Source of the DNA: an uncultured Solirubrobacterales bacterium
GTDB lineage: Bacteria > Actinomycetota > Thermoleophilia > Solirubrobacterales > Solirubrobacteraceae
Assembly (NCBI GenBank): GCA_963724405.1
Contig: CAVRUQ010000003.1
Location: 1,722,140-1,786,139, forward strand
Reading direction: 5' to 3'
Length of the DNA: 64,000 nucleotides
The notes below the pieces were generated by a model. It was not told the origin of the DNA, searched no databases, and worked only from the letters and a program-made list of their open reading frames with translations. Each line of letters begins with the position of its first letter. Position 1 is the first letter of the stretch. The position numbers and the translations under genes were made by a program. This document shows, piece after piece, positions 1 to 11,472 of this stretch.

Positions 1-48
1 TGCCACGCGAACATTCTGGCGGCCACGGCGGCGCGCCGGCGCCTCGCG

Positions 49-327
49 TCAATCGCCGGCTGTCGCCGTCCAGTCGCGGAAGGCGTGCAGCAGCTCCTCG
101 CGCACCGGCGCGTCGATGTCCTCCTCGCGCAGCTCCCCGAGCTCGCTCAGCGTCACGCGCAGCTGCTCGAGGTAGGCCGTGCAATGTGGGCAGCCCGCGA
201 TGTGCCGCTCAAAGCGGGACTGATCGCGCGAGGACAGGTTGCCCTCGAGGTAGTCGGTCACGAGCTCCACGAGCTCCCGGCAGGAGACGTTCGAGCGGCC
301 GAAGTTGAGACGTTCCAGCAGGCTCAT
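49..327 (-). CDS. Zinc-binding anti-sigma factor (ZAS family, RsrA/ChrR-like), 92 aa
   Basis: Translation carries an H-x3-C-x2-C motif (HIAGCPHCTAY). No TM segment. ATGA start/stop overlap with the upstream ECF sigma ORF at 324-327. Confidence 0.7.
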   Translation of the reverse strand: MSLLERLNFGRSNVSCRELVELVTDYLEGNLSSRDQSRFERHIAGCPHCTAYLEQLRVTLSELGELREEDIDAPVREELLHAFRDWTATAGD

Positions 328-1013
328 GCTCCTTCGTCCTCCCCAGCCGCCGCTTCGTTACTCCCGTTCGCCGCAGCCACGCCGTCGACGTACCCTGCGA
401 GCGCGGCCTGCAGCCTCGCCCGCCCGCGATGCAGCAGCACGCGCACGTTGTTCGTGGTCAGCCCGAGCGCCTCGGCGACCTCCTCGGTGGCGAGGCCCTC
501 GACGTCGTGCAGGGTGACGACGATCCGCTGCCGGTCCGGCAGCGCGGCGAGCGCCTCGCGCAGCTGCAGGCGCAGCTCGAGCAGCTCGGCGCGGGTCTCG
601 GGCAGCTCGAACGGGCGCGGCGGCGTCGCCCATGCGCCGTCGCGCCCGAAGCGCTCGGCGCTGACGGTGGGCCCCTCGTCCTCGGCCGGGTCGCCGAACG
701 AGGAGAACGGCAGCGCCCGGGCCTCGCGCTGGCCCCGCGTCATCGCCCGGTTGACGAGGATGCGGAACAACCACGTCTTCACCGACGATCGCTCCTCGAA
801 CGCGTCGAGCCCCTTGAGGAACCCGAGCCAGGCCTCCTGGACGACCTCCTCGGCGACGGCGTCGCTCGACACGTAGGAGCGCGCGACGCGCAGCATGGTC
901 GCGCGGTAGCGCCGCACGAGGGCGGCGAAGGCCGCCTCGTCGCCCGCCTTCAGGCGGACGAGCAGCGTCGCGTCGTCGGGCGCGGCGGCGTGCGTGTCAG
1001 CCCCACCGGGCAC
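324..1013 (-). CDS. ECF (sigma-70 family) RNA polymerase sigma factor
   Basis: Region 2 and region 4 like segments are present (LLVRLKAGDEAAF..., ...LHDVEGLATEEVAEALGLTTNNVRVLLHRGRARL). Translationally coupled to the downstream anti-sigma gene. The exact start is uncertain and the protein may be shorter. Confidence 0.8.
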   Translation of the reverse strand: MPGGADTHAAAPDDATLLVRLKAGDEAAFAALVRRYRATMLRVARSYVSSDAVAEEVVQEAWLGFLKGLDAFEERSSVKTWLFRILVNRAMTRGQREARALPFSSFGDPAEDEGPTVSAERFGRDGAWATPPRPFELPETRAELLELRLQLREALAALPDRQRIVVTLHDVEGLATEEVAEALGLTTNNVRVLLHRGRARLQAALAGYVDGVAAANGSNEAAAGEDEGA

Positions 1014-1017
1014 CCGA

Positions 1018-1704
1018 TCAGCGATGCTCGGCCGATTTCGGCCGGGAGGCGTCGGAGAACTCGTGGTACTCCCCGGTGACGATGAACGCCGCCTGCTCGG
1101 CGATGTCGACCGCGTTGTCGCCGACCCGTTCGAGGCTGCGCGCCATCAGCATCTGATGCAGCGCGAGCTCGCGGCGGCCGACCGGCCCCGAGACGTTGCA
1201 CGCCGCGGCGAACACCTCGCGATTGAGCAGGTCGAGCGCGTCGTCGTCGCGCGAGACGGACTCGGCCGTGGCCAGATCACGCGTCGCCAGCGCCTCGCCC
1301 GCCTTCGTGAGCTGGAGGCTCGCGTGGCTGGCCATCCGGCCGAGGCGCTGCAGGATGTGGGGGCTGCCCGGCTCCTCCGGGTCCATCTCCATCAGCTGCT
1401 CGGTGAGCAGCTCGAACTGGTTGGCGATCAGACCGAGGTGCTGGTTGATCTGGAAGAAGCCGAGCACGAGCCGCAGGTCGCTCGCCACCGGCGCCTCGCG
1501 GGCCGCGGCCACGACGAGCCGATCGTGCGTGATGCGGCCGCTGTCCCGCAGACGCTCCGCGTCGGCCTCGATGTAGCCGGGGGTCGGCCGCGACGGATCG
1601 CTGACGACGTCGCTGAGGCCGCGCAGCGTCGCGCTGGCGAGATCGGTGTCGCGCAGCAGCCGCCGCTCGATCGCGCCGAGCTCCTGATGAAACCCCTGCC
1701 GCAT
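1018..1704 (-). CDS. phoU: Phosphate transport system regulator PhoU
   Basis: Two PhoU repeats with characteristic motifs (E..ID..E, DLLNREV, ARSLERVGDNAVDIAE). 228 aa. Confidence 0.85.
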   Translation of the reverse strand: MRQGFHQELGAIERRLLRDTDLASATLRGLSDVVSDPSRPTPGYIEADAERLRDSGRITHDRLVVAAAREAPVASDLRLVLGFFQINQHLGLIANQFELLTEQLMEMDPEEPGSPHILQRLGRMASHASLQLTKAGEALATRDLATAESVSRDDDALDLLNREVFAAACNVSGPVGRRELALHQMLMARSLERVGDNAVDIAEQAAFIVTGEYHEFSDASRPKSAEHR

Positions 1705-1752
1705 GGCCAGGTGTCATACCACCCCCGGCCGGGGAGTGCGCCGCGGCCCCGC

Positions 1753-3510
1753 TCAGGTGTGCGCGGACCAGCTGATCGGCCCGCTCGTGCAGGCCGACGA
1801 GCCACCGGCCGTGTCGACCGCCGTCACCGTTCCGCTCACCGCGCCGGCGGCGCCGAAGGTTCCGCTCACGCTGTAGCTCAGGCCGGGCGGGACCGCGTAG
1901 CTGTGCGAGAAGGTCCAGCTCGCCCCCGGCAGCAGCGCGAGCGGGTTGGCCGGCCCGACGAGCGCCGGCGCGAAGGTGAGCGTGCCGCCGCTGCACGGCA
2001 GTGACAGCTCGAGCGTCAGGCCCGTCAGCGACGAGCCGGCGACCGTGAGGCCGAACGGAAGGCCCTGGGCGGTCTGCCCGTGGTACGCGCCCGCAGCAGG
2101 GGCCGGCCCGGGCGCAGCCGTCCCGCTCGATCCACCGGCGCCGGGCGCCGAGGTCCCGGCCGGCGAGTTGGGCCGCAACGAGCACAGCGGCGCGCCGGCG
2201 GCGATCGCGTTGCAGACGTCGAGCATGCCGTAGCGCCACGCGCGCCCGGTCTGCGGCACCGAGCGCGCGTACGCGAACAGGCGGGCGGCGACCTGGCGGT
2301 TGGAGAGCCCGCGCGCGAACAGCAGCGCGGCGGCCCCCGACACCATCGGCGCCGACACCGACGTGCCGCTGTCGAGGCCGAGGTCGGTCGGTCCGAGGCG
2401 GTTGGCGTACGTCGGCGCCGTGGTGAGGATGTTCGTGCCCGGAGCCGTCAGGTCGACCCAGCTCGCGCCGCGATTGCTGAAGGAGGCCGGGCGGTCATAG
2501 GCGTCGGTGGCGCCGACGGAGACGACGTCGTTGTAGGCGGCGGGATACTCCGGTCCGGTGGTGCCCGAGTTGCCGGCCGACGCCACGACCAGGTCTCCCT
2601 GATTCCAGGCCAGCGTCGCCGCCTGCGCGAGCAGCGAGCACGGCTGCGGGCCGCCCGAGGACACGTTGATGACGCGCGCTCCGGCCCGCACCGCGGCCAC
2701 GATCCCGTTGGCGACCGCGCTGCACGAGGCCGCGTCGCTGCGTGTGGCGTCGCCGTAGACCTTGACGTTGAGCAGCGACACGCGGTAGGCGACGCCGGCG
2801 ATCCCGATCCCGTTGTCGGGGATGGCGGCGGCGACGCCGGCCACGGCGGTGCCGTGGCCGATGCGGTCGCTGACGTCGTCGCCGTTGGCGGCGATCGTCG
2901 AGCTGGCGATGATCCGTCCCTGCAGGTCGGGCTGGGTCAGGTCGACCCCGGTGTCGACGATCGCGAGTCGCACCGAGGAGGAGCCCTTGTCGAGCGCCCA
3001 CGCGAGCGGGGCGTCGATGTCGTCCCCGAGCACGCCGCCGCCCTGCGGCTGCACCGTGGCGCGATCGTTCTCCAGGTACCACTGATCGACGAAGCCGGGG
3101 TCGTTCGGCACCACGCAGGCGGACGTCAGCGTGCAGTCGGCGTCATCGGGCACGAGCCGGACGTCGGGCTGCACCGACACGACGCCGCGCATCGAGGCCA
3201 TGGCCGCGACCGCGCGACCGCGCCGACCGGCGACCCGTACGACCAGCGCGTGCAGCGCCGGGATGCGCTCGATGATCGAGCCGCCCGACGCGGACGCCGT
3301 GGAGGCGATCGCGGCGGACCGGACGCCCGGGCGGTAGGTGACGATCTCGCGGTCCGGGATGATCCAGCGGCCCGGGTCCTGGACCGCCGGCGGGGGCGGA
3401 TCGTGCACGATGCTCGTCAGCGCCGGATCGGCGAGCGCGCCCGCCGGCCACAGCGCGACCGCGAGCAGCGGCCCGAGCAGCAGCGGCCGGCGCAGGACCT
3501 CGGGGACCAT
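1753..3510 (-). CDS. Secreted S8 family (subtilisin-like) serine peptidase
   Basis: N-terminal signal peptide. Catalytic motifs DTGVD (Asp), HGTAVAG (His) and GTSVSAPMVSGAAAL (Ser). Confidence 0.85.
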   Translation of the reverse strand: MVPEVLRRPLLLGPLLAVALWPAGALADPALTSIVHDPPPPAVQDPGRWIIPDREIVTYRPGVRSAAIASTASASGGSIIERIPALHALVVRVAGRRGRAVAAMASMRGVVSVQPDVRLVPDDADCTLTSACVVPNDPGFVDQWYLENDRATVQPQGGGVLGDDIDAPLAWALDKGSSSVRLAIVDTGVDLTQPDLQGRIIASSTIAANGDDVSDRIGHGTAVAGVAAAIPDNGIGIAGVAYRVSLLNVKVYGDATRSDAASCSAVANGIVAAVRAGARVINVSSGGPQPCSLLAQAATLAWNQGDLVVASAGNSGTTGPEYPAAYNDVVSVGATDAYDRPASFSNRGASWVDLTAPGTNILTTAPTYANRLGPTDLGLDSGTSVSAPMVSGAAALLFARGLSNRQVAARLFAYARSVPQTGRAWRYGMLDVCNAIAAGAPLCSLRPNSPAGTSAPGAGGSSGTAAPGPAPAAGAYHGQTAQGLPFGLTVAGSSLTGLTLELSLPCSGGTLTFAPALVGPANPLALLPGASWTFSHSYAVPPGLSYSVSGTFGAAGAVSGTVTAVDTAGGSSACTSGPISWSAHT

Positions 3511-3568
3511 GCCCGCGACATCGGTCCCGGACGCCGTTCCCTTGAGCGCGGCCCGGCACCGCGCCGGC

Positions 3569-3991
3569 TCAGTTGCGCGCGGGGCGAACGAACCGCGCGG
3601 TGACGGCCTGCGCCGTCATGTCGGGCAACAGGGCCAGGCGCCCCGGTACGTCCGCGCGGTCGCGAGCGATGAGCGCGGCGCACGCTCGGTGATAGCCGTC
3701 GGCGATCTCCAGCCGCCCGCGACCGTCGTGGACGAGCAGCAGCGGCGCCAGCGGGGCCGCCCCATCGATCCGGCGCAGCGCGGCGGCGACCTCGCTGCTG
3801 CGCTTGCGCCGCAGGGCCGGGAGCCGCGCCGCGCGCAGGATCGCCTCGGCCGGCCAGCTGCCGTCCGGCGCGGCGCGCAGCAGCTCGATCGCCTCGTCGA
3901 CCCGCGCGGGCGCGAGCAGGAGCGAGAGATAGCGGCGCGCGGCCGTGTACTCCTCCTCACCGGGTTCGCTCGCCCACCGCGCGGCGCTCAT
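3569..3991 (-). CDS. Hypothetical protein (140 aa)
   Basis: ORF fills the gap between the S8 peptidase and the desaturase. No recognisable motif. Coding status is uncertain. Confidence 0.3.
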   Translation of the reverse strand: MSAARWASEPGEEEYTAARRYLSLLLAPARVDEAIELLRAAPDGSWPAEAILRAARLPALRRKRSSEVAAALRRIDGAAPLAPLLLVHDGRGRLEIADGYHRACAALIARDRADVPGRLALLPDMTAQAVTARFVRPARN

Positions 3992-4024
3992 CCGGCCACG
4001 ATACGCGACGGCGCTGCGGCCCCG

Positions 4025-5236
4025 CTACGCCTGGGCTGCGCCCGGGGCCGGCGCGGACACGCCGGTGGCGGCGCGGTGCGCGGCCACCTCGGCGCGACCC
4101 GCCTGGCGGAACGTCACCAGGCGCCCATGCTCCGCGTCCCACAGCTTCAGCCGCGTGCAGCGCAGTCCGTCGCCGAGGGTCAGGACGGGAACGTCGTGGA
4201 AGATCTCGAGGTTGTCGTGAGCGGCCTGCAGGTTGTAGTTCGGCACCCGCGCGCTGAGGTGATGGACGTGATGCAGGCCGATGTTGCCGGTGAAGAACTG
4301 CAGGACCTTCGGCAGCTTCAGGTAGGAGCTCCCCTGTAGCGCCGCGTCCGCGTAGCTCCACTGATCCGAGCTCTCCCAGTAGGCGTCCTCGAACTGGTGC
4401 TGCACGTAGAACAGCCAGATCCCCGTCGAGCCGGCCAGGAGCGCCGGCGGCGCCCACACGAGCAGCAGCGGACCGAAGCCGAGCCACGCCGCGAGCGCGC
4501 CGAAGGCGACGAGCAGCGCGACGTCCGTGAGCATCACGCTGTGGCGCAGGCGGCTGCGCTGCTTGCTCGTCCAGATCCGCGGGCCGACGATCATCGCGAA
4601 GATCGGGCCGATCCCGAACATGACCAGCGGATTGCGATAGATGCGATAGGCGAGCCGGCCGCGCCGCGATCGGCCGTGATACTCGGCGACGGTCAGCGTC
4701 GGGATGTCGCCGACGCCGCGCCGGTCGAGGTCGCCCGCGGTCGCGTGATGGACGGCGTGGTCGTGACGCCAGCGCGCGAACGGCGCCAGCACCATCAGCC
4801 CGAGCACCCGGCCGAGCCACACGTTGGCGTGCTTGGACGGGAGCAGCGAGCCGTGCGCGCAGTCGTGAAACAGGATGTACGTACGCAGCAGGAAGCCGGC
4901 CGTCGGCACGGCGAGCACGAGGGTGACGAGGTACGACACGTGGCCGAGCGAGCGGTACATGAGCACCGAGAGCGCGAGGTACGGCACCACCGCGCTCAGC
5001 AGGTCGAGCAGGCTGCGCGCGAGCCGGGGTCGTGCGTACGGTGCGAGCGGCTCGCGCCAGAACGCCCCGGTGGTGTCGGCCTGCGCCTCGCTGCCTACGC
5101 CTGGTCCGGCTTCCGCTACTTCGCTCATCGTCACGCCCGATCTTGCTCGTCGTTTAACCGCGGCATGGGCGCGGCTGAGGTCGGCTGATCCTAATGATGC
5201 ATCGTCAAGCGGAGAGAAAATGTTGACCCCCGCCAC
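4025..5236 (-). CDS. Membrane fatty acid desaturase (His-box family)
   Basis: Three histidine boxes (HDCAHGS, HDHAVHHA, HHVHHL) in the spacing typical of acyl-lipid/acyl-CoA desaturases, with TM helices. The start codon is uncertain (an internal Met at MSEVAEAGP is possible). Confidence 0.8.
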   Translation of the reverse strand: MAGVNIFSPLDDASLGSADLSRAHAAVKRRARSGVTMSEVAEAGPGVGSEAQADTTGAFWREPLAPYARPRLARSLLDLLSAVVPYLALSVLMYRSLGHVSYLVTLVLAVPTAGFLLRTYILFHDCAHGSLLPSKHANVWLGRVLGLMVLAPFARWRHDHAVHHATAGDLDRRGVGDIPTLTVAEYHGRSRRGRLAYRIYRNPLVMFGIGPIFAMIVGPRIWTSKQRSRLRHSVMLTDVALLVAFGALAAWLGFGPLLLVWAPPALLAGSTGIWLFYVQHQFEDAYWESSDQWSYADAALQGSSYLKLPKVLQFFTGNIGLHHVHHLSARVPNYNLQAAHDNLEIFHDVPVLTLGDGLRCTRLKLWDAEHGRLVTFRQAGRAEVAAHRAATGVSAPAPGAAQA

Positions 5237-5377
5237 ACTCCTCGCTCGATCCTACGGCTCCCCCCGCGTCCTGACTTGCGGGTTTTCCTCCCTTCCGCGT
5301 TGCGGGTTTACCTCCTTCTTCGGATCGTGTTAGCTGCGCCTTGGGTGCGTGTTAGCGAGCACTCAGGGCCGCCTCCA

Positions 5378-6442
5378 ATGATGTCCACACACCAATTTGG
5401 AGGTACAACCCACGTGACCCACGGTATCCCCCGACTTCTCAGCGGCGCGGCCCTCGGCGCCGCCGCCGCTGCGGTCGCATTCCTCGCCATCTCGGCGCAC
5501 GGCTCGACCGCTCACCCCGCCGCGACCGGCGCCTCGGCTCCGAAGACGGCCACGATCTCGCACGCCACGCTCACGGCGAGCGGGGTCTACAAGCGCGACT
5601 CCGCCGGCGTGGTGGCGATCTCCGCCACCTCATCGTCGCAGTCCGACACGGGCACCGGCATCGTCCTGAACAACAGCGGGCTCATCCTGACCAACGACCA
5701 CGTCGTCTCGGGCGCGTCGAGCGTGACGGTGAGCCCGGGCAACGCCCCGAACACCACCCGCAGCGCGACCGTCGTCGGCGAGGACCCCGACGCGGACCTC
5801 GCGGTGCTGAAGATCGACCCGTCCGGCCTCGGCCTGAGGCCGCTCACCTTCGCCGACTCGAGCGGCGTGTCGGTCGGCCAGGCGGTCTACGCGATCGGCA
5901 ATCCGTACGGACTCGACGAGACCCTCACCACCGGCATCGTGTCGGCCGTCGGCCGGCAGATCCAGGCGCCCGACGGCGCGACGATCAACGACGCGATCCA
6001 GACCGACGCCGCGCTGAATCCCGGCAACTCCGGCGGTCCGCTCATCAACACCGACGGCCAGGTCATCGGGATCAACTCGCAGATCGCCAGCGACCAGAGC
6101 AGCAGCGGCGGCGGCCAGCCCGGAAGCACGGGCGTCGGCTTCGCCATCTCGAGTAACACCGCGTCGCAGGTGGCGCAGCAGATCGAGAGCAGCGGCGCGA
6201 GCATCCCGAGCACGCAGGGCCAGAGCTCGGGCAGCCAGACCCAGGACGGCTCCGGCTCGCCCTACGGCTCCGGCGGCGGCTCCGGCTCCCCCTACGGCTC
6301 CGGCTCCCCCTACGGCCAGTCCGTCGACCCCTACGGCTCCGGCCAGTCCGGCGCCGACCCGTACGGCTATGGCTCCGGCGGCTATGGCGCCGGCGGCTAC
6401 GGCTACGGCTCGGGCGACGGCGGCGCGGTCGTCGTCCCCTGA
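5378..6442 (+). CDS. Trypsin-like (S1C/HtrA-type) serine protease lacking a PDZ domain, with a Gly/Ser/Tyr-rich C-terminal tail
   Basis: His (TNDHVV), Asp (DLAVLKI) and Ser (GNSGGPLIN) catalytic motifs. N-terminal TM/signal segment. Start at the MMSTHQ ATG pair at 5378 (the ORF as listed begins at 5276). The C-terminus is repetitive (GSPYGSG...). Confidence 0.8.
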   Translation: MMSTHQFGGTTHVTHGIPRLLSGAALGAAAAAVAFLAISAHGSTAHPAATGASAPKTATISHATLTASGVYKRDSAGVVAISATSSSQSDTGTGIVLNNSGLILTNDHVVSGASSVTVSPGNAPNTTRSATVVGEDPDADLAVLKIDPSGLGLRPLTFADSSGVSVGQAVYAIGNPYGLDETLTTGIVSAVGRQIQAPDGATINDAIQTDAALNPGNSGGPLINTDGQVIGINSQIASDQSSSGGGQPGSTGVGFAISSNTASQVAQQIESSGASIPSTQGQSSGSQTQDGSGSPYGSGGGSGSPYGSGSPYGQSVDPYGSGQSGADPYGYGSGGYGAGGYGYGSGDGGAVVVP

Positions 6443-6705
6443 TCGAGGGCGCACCCCTGCGGGTTCGGCGGTCTACAACCGTCGGACCGCAGGGGCCGCG
6501 ATCGGCGCGTTCGAACCGGTGCGTTCGCGCCGGCCGGTCGGGGGTGACCGACTTTTCTTCAGATGATCTGAAGAAAAGTCAGACACGTCGTGTCCCTTGC
6601 GCCGTCGCGGCCTCGACCGCTGCGAGGGGCGCCGCGCCCCGGCCGCCGCGCGCCCCCTAAGATGGCCGCCGTGCCTCCCCCCGCGAACGAGAGAGCGCCG
6701 CGACC

Positions 6706-8019
<1,314 letters not shown>

Positions 8020-8061
8020 GCGTCCCAGGGGACTCCCAGGCTCGCTCGCCATAATCGACCC

Positions 8062-9450
8062 ATGACGACGACTCCGCTTCGCATCGCCATCGTCGGCGCC
8101 GGTCCGGCCGGCGCCTACGCCGCGGGCGCGCTGCTCGGCCAGGACGCGCGCCCGGTCGAGGTCGACATGTACGAGCGGCTGCCGACGCCCTGGGGGCTGG
8201 TGCGCGCCGGCGTCGCCCCCGACCATCCGAAGATCAAGACGGTCACCCGCGTGTTCGAGAAGACCGCCGACCTGCCCGGCTTCCGGCTGCTCGCGAACGT
8301 CGAGGTCGGCCGCGACGTCGGCCACGACGAGCTCACCGACTGGTACGACGCCGTGATCTACGCGAGCGGCACCGAGCGCGACCGGCGTCTGGGCATCCCC
8401 GGTGAGGACCTCCCGGGCAGCCTCCCGGCCACCGCGTTCGTGGCCTGGTACAACGCCCATCCCGACTGGCACCGGCTGCCGGTCGACCTCGACGTCGACC
8501 ACGCGCTCGTCGTCGGCAACGGCAACGTCGCGGTCGACTGCGCCCGGATGCTCGCGCTGCGCCCCGAGGAGCTCACCGGCACCGACACCGCCGACCACGC
8601 GATCGCCAAGCTGAGCTCCGGCGTCGTGCGCGAGGTGACGATGATCGGACGCCGCGGCCCCCTGCAGGCAGCGTTCACGAATCCCGAGCTGCGCGAGCTC
8701 GGTGAGCTGGCCGACGTCGACCTGCTCGTCGACGCCGCCGACCTGGCGGTCGAGGACGCCGACCTCGAGGCGGCCGAGCCGACGAACCGGCGCAACGTGC
8801 AGTTGCTGCGCGAGTACGCCGAGCGGACGCCCACGGGCGCCGCGCGCAGCCTCGCCCTGCGCTTCTACACGATCCCGGTGGAGATCCTCGGTGACGGACG
8901 GGTCGAGGCGGTCGTGCTCGAGCGCACGCGGCTCGTGCGCGGCGCCGACGGCCGCGTCAGCGCGCAGCCGACGGGTGAGCGCACCGAGCTCCCCGTGGGG
9001 CTCGTCCTGCGCTCGATCGGGTACTACGGCACGCCGATCCCCGGGCTGCCCTTCGACGAGGCCCGCGGGATCGTGCCCAACGCGGCCGGTCGCGTCGCCG
9101 GCGCCGGCGGGGAGCCCCTCACCGGGGTCTATGTGACGGGATGGATCAAGCGCGGCCCGTCGGGTGTGATCGGGACGAACAAGAAGGACGCCAACGAGAC
9201 CGTCGATTCCCTGCTCGAGGATCTCGACGCGGGCCGGCTGTCGGCCGACGCGGCCCGCCCGTCGGGCGAGGACGTGGTGCAGCGCCTGCGCGAGCGCGTG
9301 GAGCACCTGGTCGAGCTGCATCGCTGGCGGGCCATCGACGCGTACGAGCTCCAGCTCGGCCGCGCCGACGAGCGCCCGCGGGTGAAGCTCGCCACCCGCG
9401 AGCACCTGCTCGGCGTGCCGCACGGCGACGCCGAGCCGGCGTCGCACTGA
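8062..9450 (+). CDS. fprA: FprA-type NADPH:ferredoxin/adrenodoxin-like reductase
   Basis: N-terminal FAD-binding fold IAIVGAGPAGAYAA. PWGLVRAGVAPDHPKIK motif typical of the FprA/adrenodoxin reductase family. A second NADP-binding GxGxxA site. Confidence 0.85.
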   Translation: MTTTPLRIAIVGAGPAGAYAAGALLGQDARPVEVDMYERLPTPWGLVRAGVAPDHPKIKTVTRVFEKTADLPGFRLLANVEVGRDVGHDELTDWYDAVIYASGTERDRRLGIPGEDLPGSLPATAFVAWYNAHPDWHRLPVDLDVDHALVVGNGNVAVDCARMLALRPEELTGTDTADHAIAKLSSGVVREVTMIGRRGPLQAAFTNPELRELGELADVDLLVDAADLAVEDADLEAAEPTNRRNVQLLREYAERTPTGAARSLALRFYTIPVEILGDGRVEAVVLERTRLVRGADGRVSAQPTGERTELPVGLVLRSIGYYGTPIPGLPFDEARGIVPNAAGRVAGAGGEPLTGVYVTGWIKRGPSGVIGTNKKDANETVDSLLEDLDAGRLSADAARPSGEDVVQRLRERVEHLVELHRWRAIDAYELQLGRADERPRVKLATREHLLGVPHGDAEPASH

Positions 9451-9457
9451 GCGAGAG

Positions 9458-10030
9458 CTACGTCTGGCGCATCCGCCGTCGCAGCGTCGCCATCAGACCG
9501 GCCGCGGAGACGACTCCCGCGAGGACCCCGGCGACCTGCTGGCCGGCCGGCGCTGCGCCCGGGCCGAGCCGGCGCCGAAGGCCGGCGACGCTCCAGGGCA
9601 GCATCAGCAGCGCCGCGGTGGCGGCGCCCGGGTCCCAGCGCCGGTGGCGGGCCGCCCAGCCGAGGTGCAGGAAGGCGTTGCCGACATTCGAGATGGCCAC
9701 GGTGATGGGCAGGGCCTCGACGCGCTCGCCGAACGCCGAGGCGGCCAGGCTGACGCCCCACCCGAAGCCCACGTTGACCACGAACCCCGTCCTCGCGTCG
9801 AGCGGGACCTGCGCCTCGGAGCTGCCGAAGATGTCCTCGTTGAGCCACTCCATGAAGCCGTCGGGCCACACCCACTCCTCGAACTGGTGGCAGAGCAGGA
9901 TCGGCATCGCGGCCCAGAGCCAGCGCTGCTCGTCCGTCATCCGGTCGCGAGCGGCCAGCCACGCCGCGCTGCTCAGCGGCGCGCCGACCGCGGCGAGCTT
10001 CGGCCATTGCCCGTGGGAGGAATCGAACAT
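9458..10030 (-). CDS. HXXEE domain-containing membrane protein
   Basis: LCHQFEEWVWPDGF motif (H-x-x-E-E) with hydrophobic helices. Start placed at the internal Met (MFDSSHGQ) at 10030. The ORF as listed extends to 10336, probably artefactually. Confidence 0.5.
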   Translation of the reverse strand: MFDSSHGQWPKLAAVGAPLSSAAWLAARDRMTDEQRWLWAAMPILLCHQFEEWVWPDGFMEWLNEDIFGSSEAQVPLDARTGFVVNVGFGWGVSLAASAFGERVEALPITVAISNVGNAFLHLGWAARHRRWDPGAATAALLMLPWSVAGLRRRLGPGAAPAGQQVAGVLAGVVSAAGLMATLRRRMRQT

Positions 10031-10275
10031 CAGCTCGTCGATTGTCGCGCCGTAGCGTGCAGCGCGTCGTACAACGGCGGGAGAAAGCGCGCAACGTGCT
10101 GCATCTCCTCCGAGCAGTGGCGCAGCAGCGCGAGGCCGAGGGGGTCGACGCTCGTGCGGAGCGCTTGCAGCGCCGATGCATCCGGGGACATGACCGCCCA
10201 TTATGGGACACTCGCCCCAACGTGTGTCGCCTAAGCACCCCCGTGGCGCCACCCCGCCAGCGTAAGGAGCCAGCC

Positions 10276-11460
10276 GTGCACCGTCTCTTCGCCCTCCCGC
10301 CATCGCGAGCGCCCCGCCGTGCCCGGGCGCGGTCATCGCGCTGGCTGCTGCCGCTCGTGGTCGTGGCGGCGGCGGGCATCGGTGCGACCCCGGCGTCGGC
10401 CCGCACGGTCTGGCTGTGCGCTCCGGGGGTCGCCAACAATCCCTGCACGGCGAATCTGAACACGACGATCCTCGGCCCGAGCGGACCGACCGGCGTAGAG
10501 CACGTGCGCGATGCGAGCAAGCCGGCGATCGACTGCTTCTACGTCTATCCGACCGTCAGCGCCGAGGGCACGCTCAACGCGGACCTGAAGATCACGCCCG
10601 AGCAAACGCTCGTGGCGATCCAGCAGGCATCGCGCTTCTCGCAGGTCTGCCGCGTGTGGGCGCCGATGTACCGGCAGGTGACCGTGAGCGGCCTGCTCAG
10701 CGGCTCCGCGACGAAGGTCGCCGCCGGCGAGGCGATCGCCTACAGCGACGTCGCGGCGGCGTGGCGCGACTACCTCGCCCACGACAACCACGGCCGCGGC
10801 GTGGTGCTCATCGGCCACTCGCAGGGCAGCGGCATGCTCATCCGGCTGCTGGCGCAGGAGATCGACGACAAGCCGTCGGTGCGCCGGCGGCTCGTCTCGG
10901 CGATCATCCCCGGCGGCAACCTCGCCGTCCGGGTCGGCAGCGACGTCGGGGGCAGCTTCAAGCACATCCCGACCTGCCAGAGCGCTCAGCAGATCGGTTG
11001 CGCGATCGCGTACTCGACGTTCGACCAGACGCCGCCCGCGGACAGCATCTTCGGGCGCGAGTCGGCCGCCTACGGCGCCGTGCTCGGCGGGGCGCCGATT
11101 CCCGGCACGCAGGTCGCGTGCACCAACCCGGCCGCGCTCGGCGGCGGCAGCGCGACGCTGCAGTCCTATTCCGTGGACCGGCCCGTCCCCGGACCGCTCG
11201 GCGTCGTGGCCGCCGGCCTCGGTCCGCTGCCGACCGGCGTCTCGACGCTCTGGTTCCAGCCGGTCGGCGCGTACACGGCCCAGTGCGTGTCGGAGAACGG
11301 CGCGAACGTGCTGCTGGCCACGCCGACGCCCGGGACCGGGGTGTTGACGCCCGAGCCGACCGCCGAGTGGGGCCTGCACCTCGCCGACATCGATCTGTCG
11401 ATCGGCAACCTGGTCGACGACGTGCGCAGCGAGGCGGCTGCGTACCTCGCGCACCCCTGA
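10276..11460 (+). CDS. Secreted DUF3089-family alpha/beta hydrolase (putative esterase/lipase)
   Basis: GHSQGSGML nucleophile-elbow motif. Signal peptide after a GTG start at 10276, preceded by an AAGGAG RBS at 10264-10269. The ORF as listed starts at 10042. Confidence 0.6.
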   Translation: MHRLFALPPSRAPRRARARSSRWLLPLVVVAAAGIGATPASARTVWLCAPGVANNPCTANLNTTILGPSGPTGVEHVRDASKPAIDCFYVYPTVSAEGTLNADLKITPEQTLVAIQQASRFSQVCRVWAPMYRQVTVSGLLSGSATKVAAGEAIAYSDVAAAWRDYLAHDNHGRGVVLIGHSQGSGMLIRLLAQEIDDKPSVRRRLVSAIIPGGNLAVRVGSDVGGSFKHIPTCQSAQQIGCAIAYSTFDQTPPADSIFGRESAAYGAVLGGAPIPGTQVACTNPAALGGGSATLQSYSVDRPVPGPLGVVAAGLGPLPTGVSTLWFQPVGAYTAQCVSENGANVLLATPTPGTGVLTPEPTAEWGLHLADIDLSIGNLVDDVRSEAAAYLAHP

Positions 11461-11472
11461 GCCGCCCGGCTC

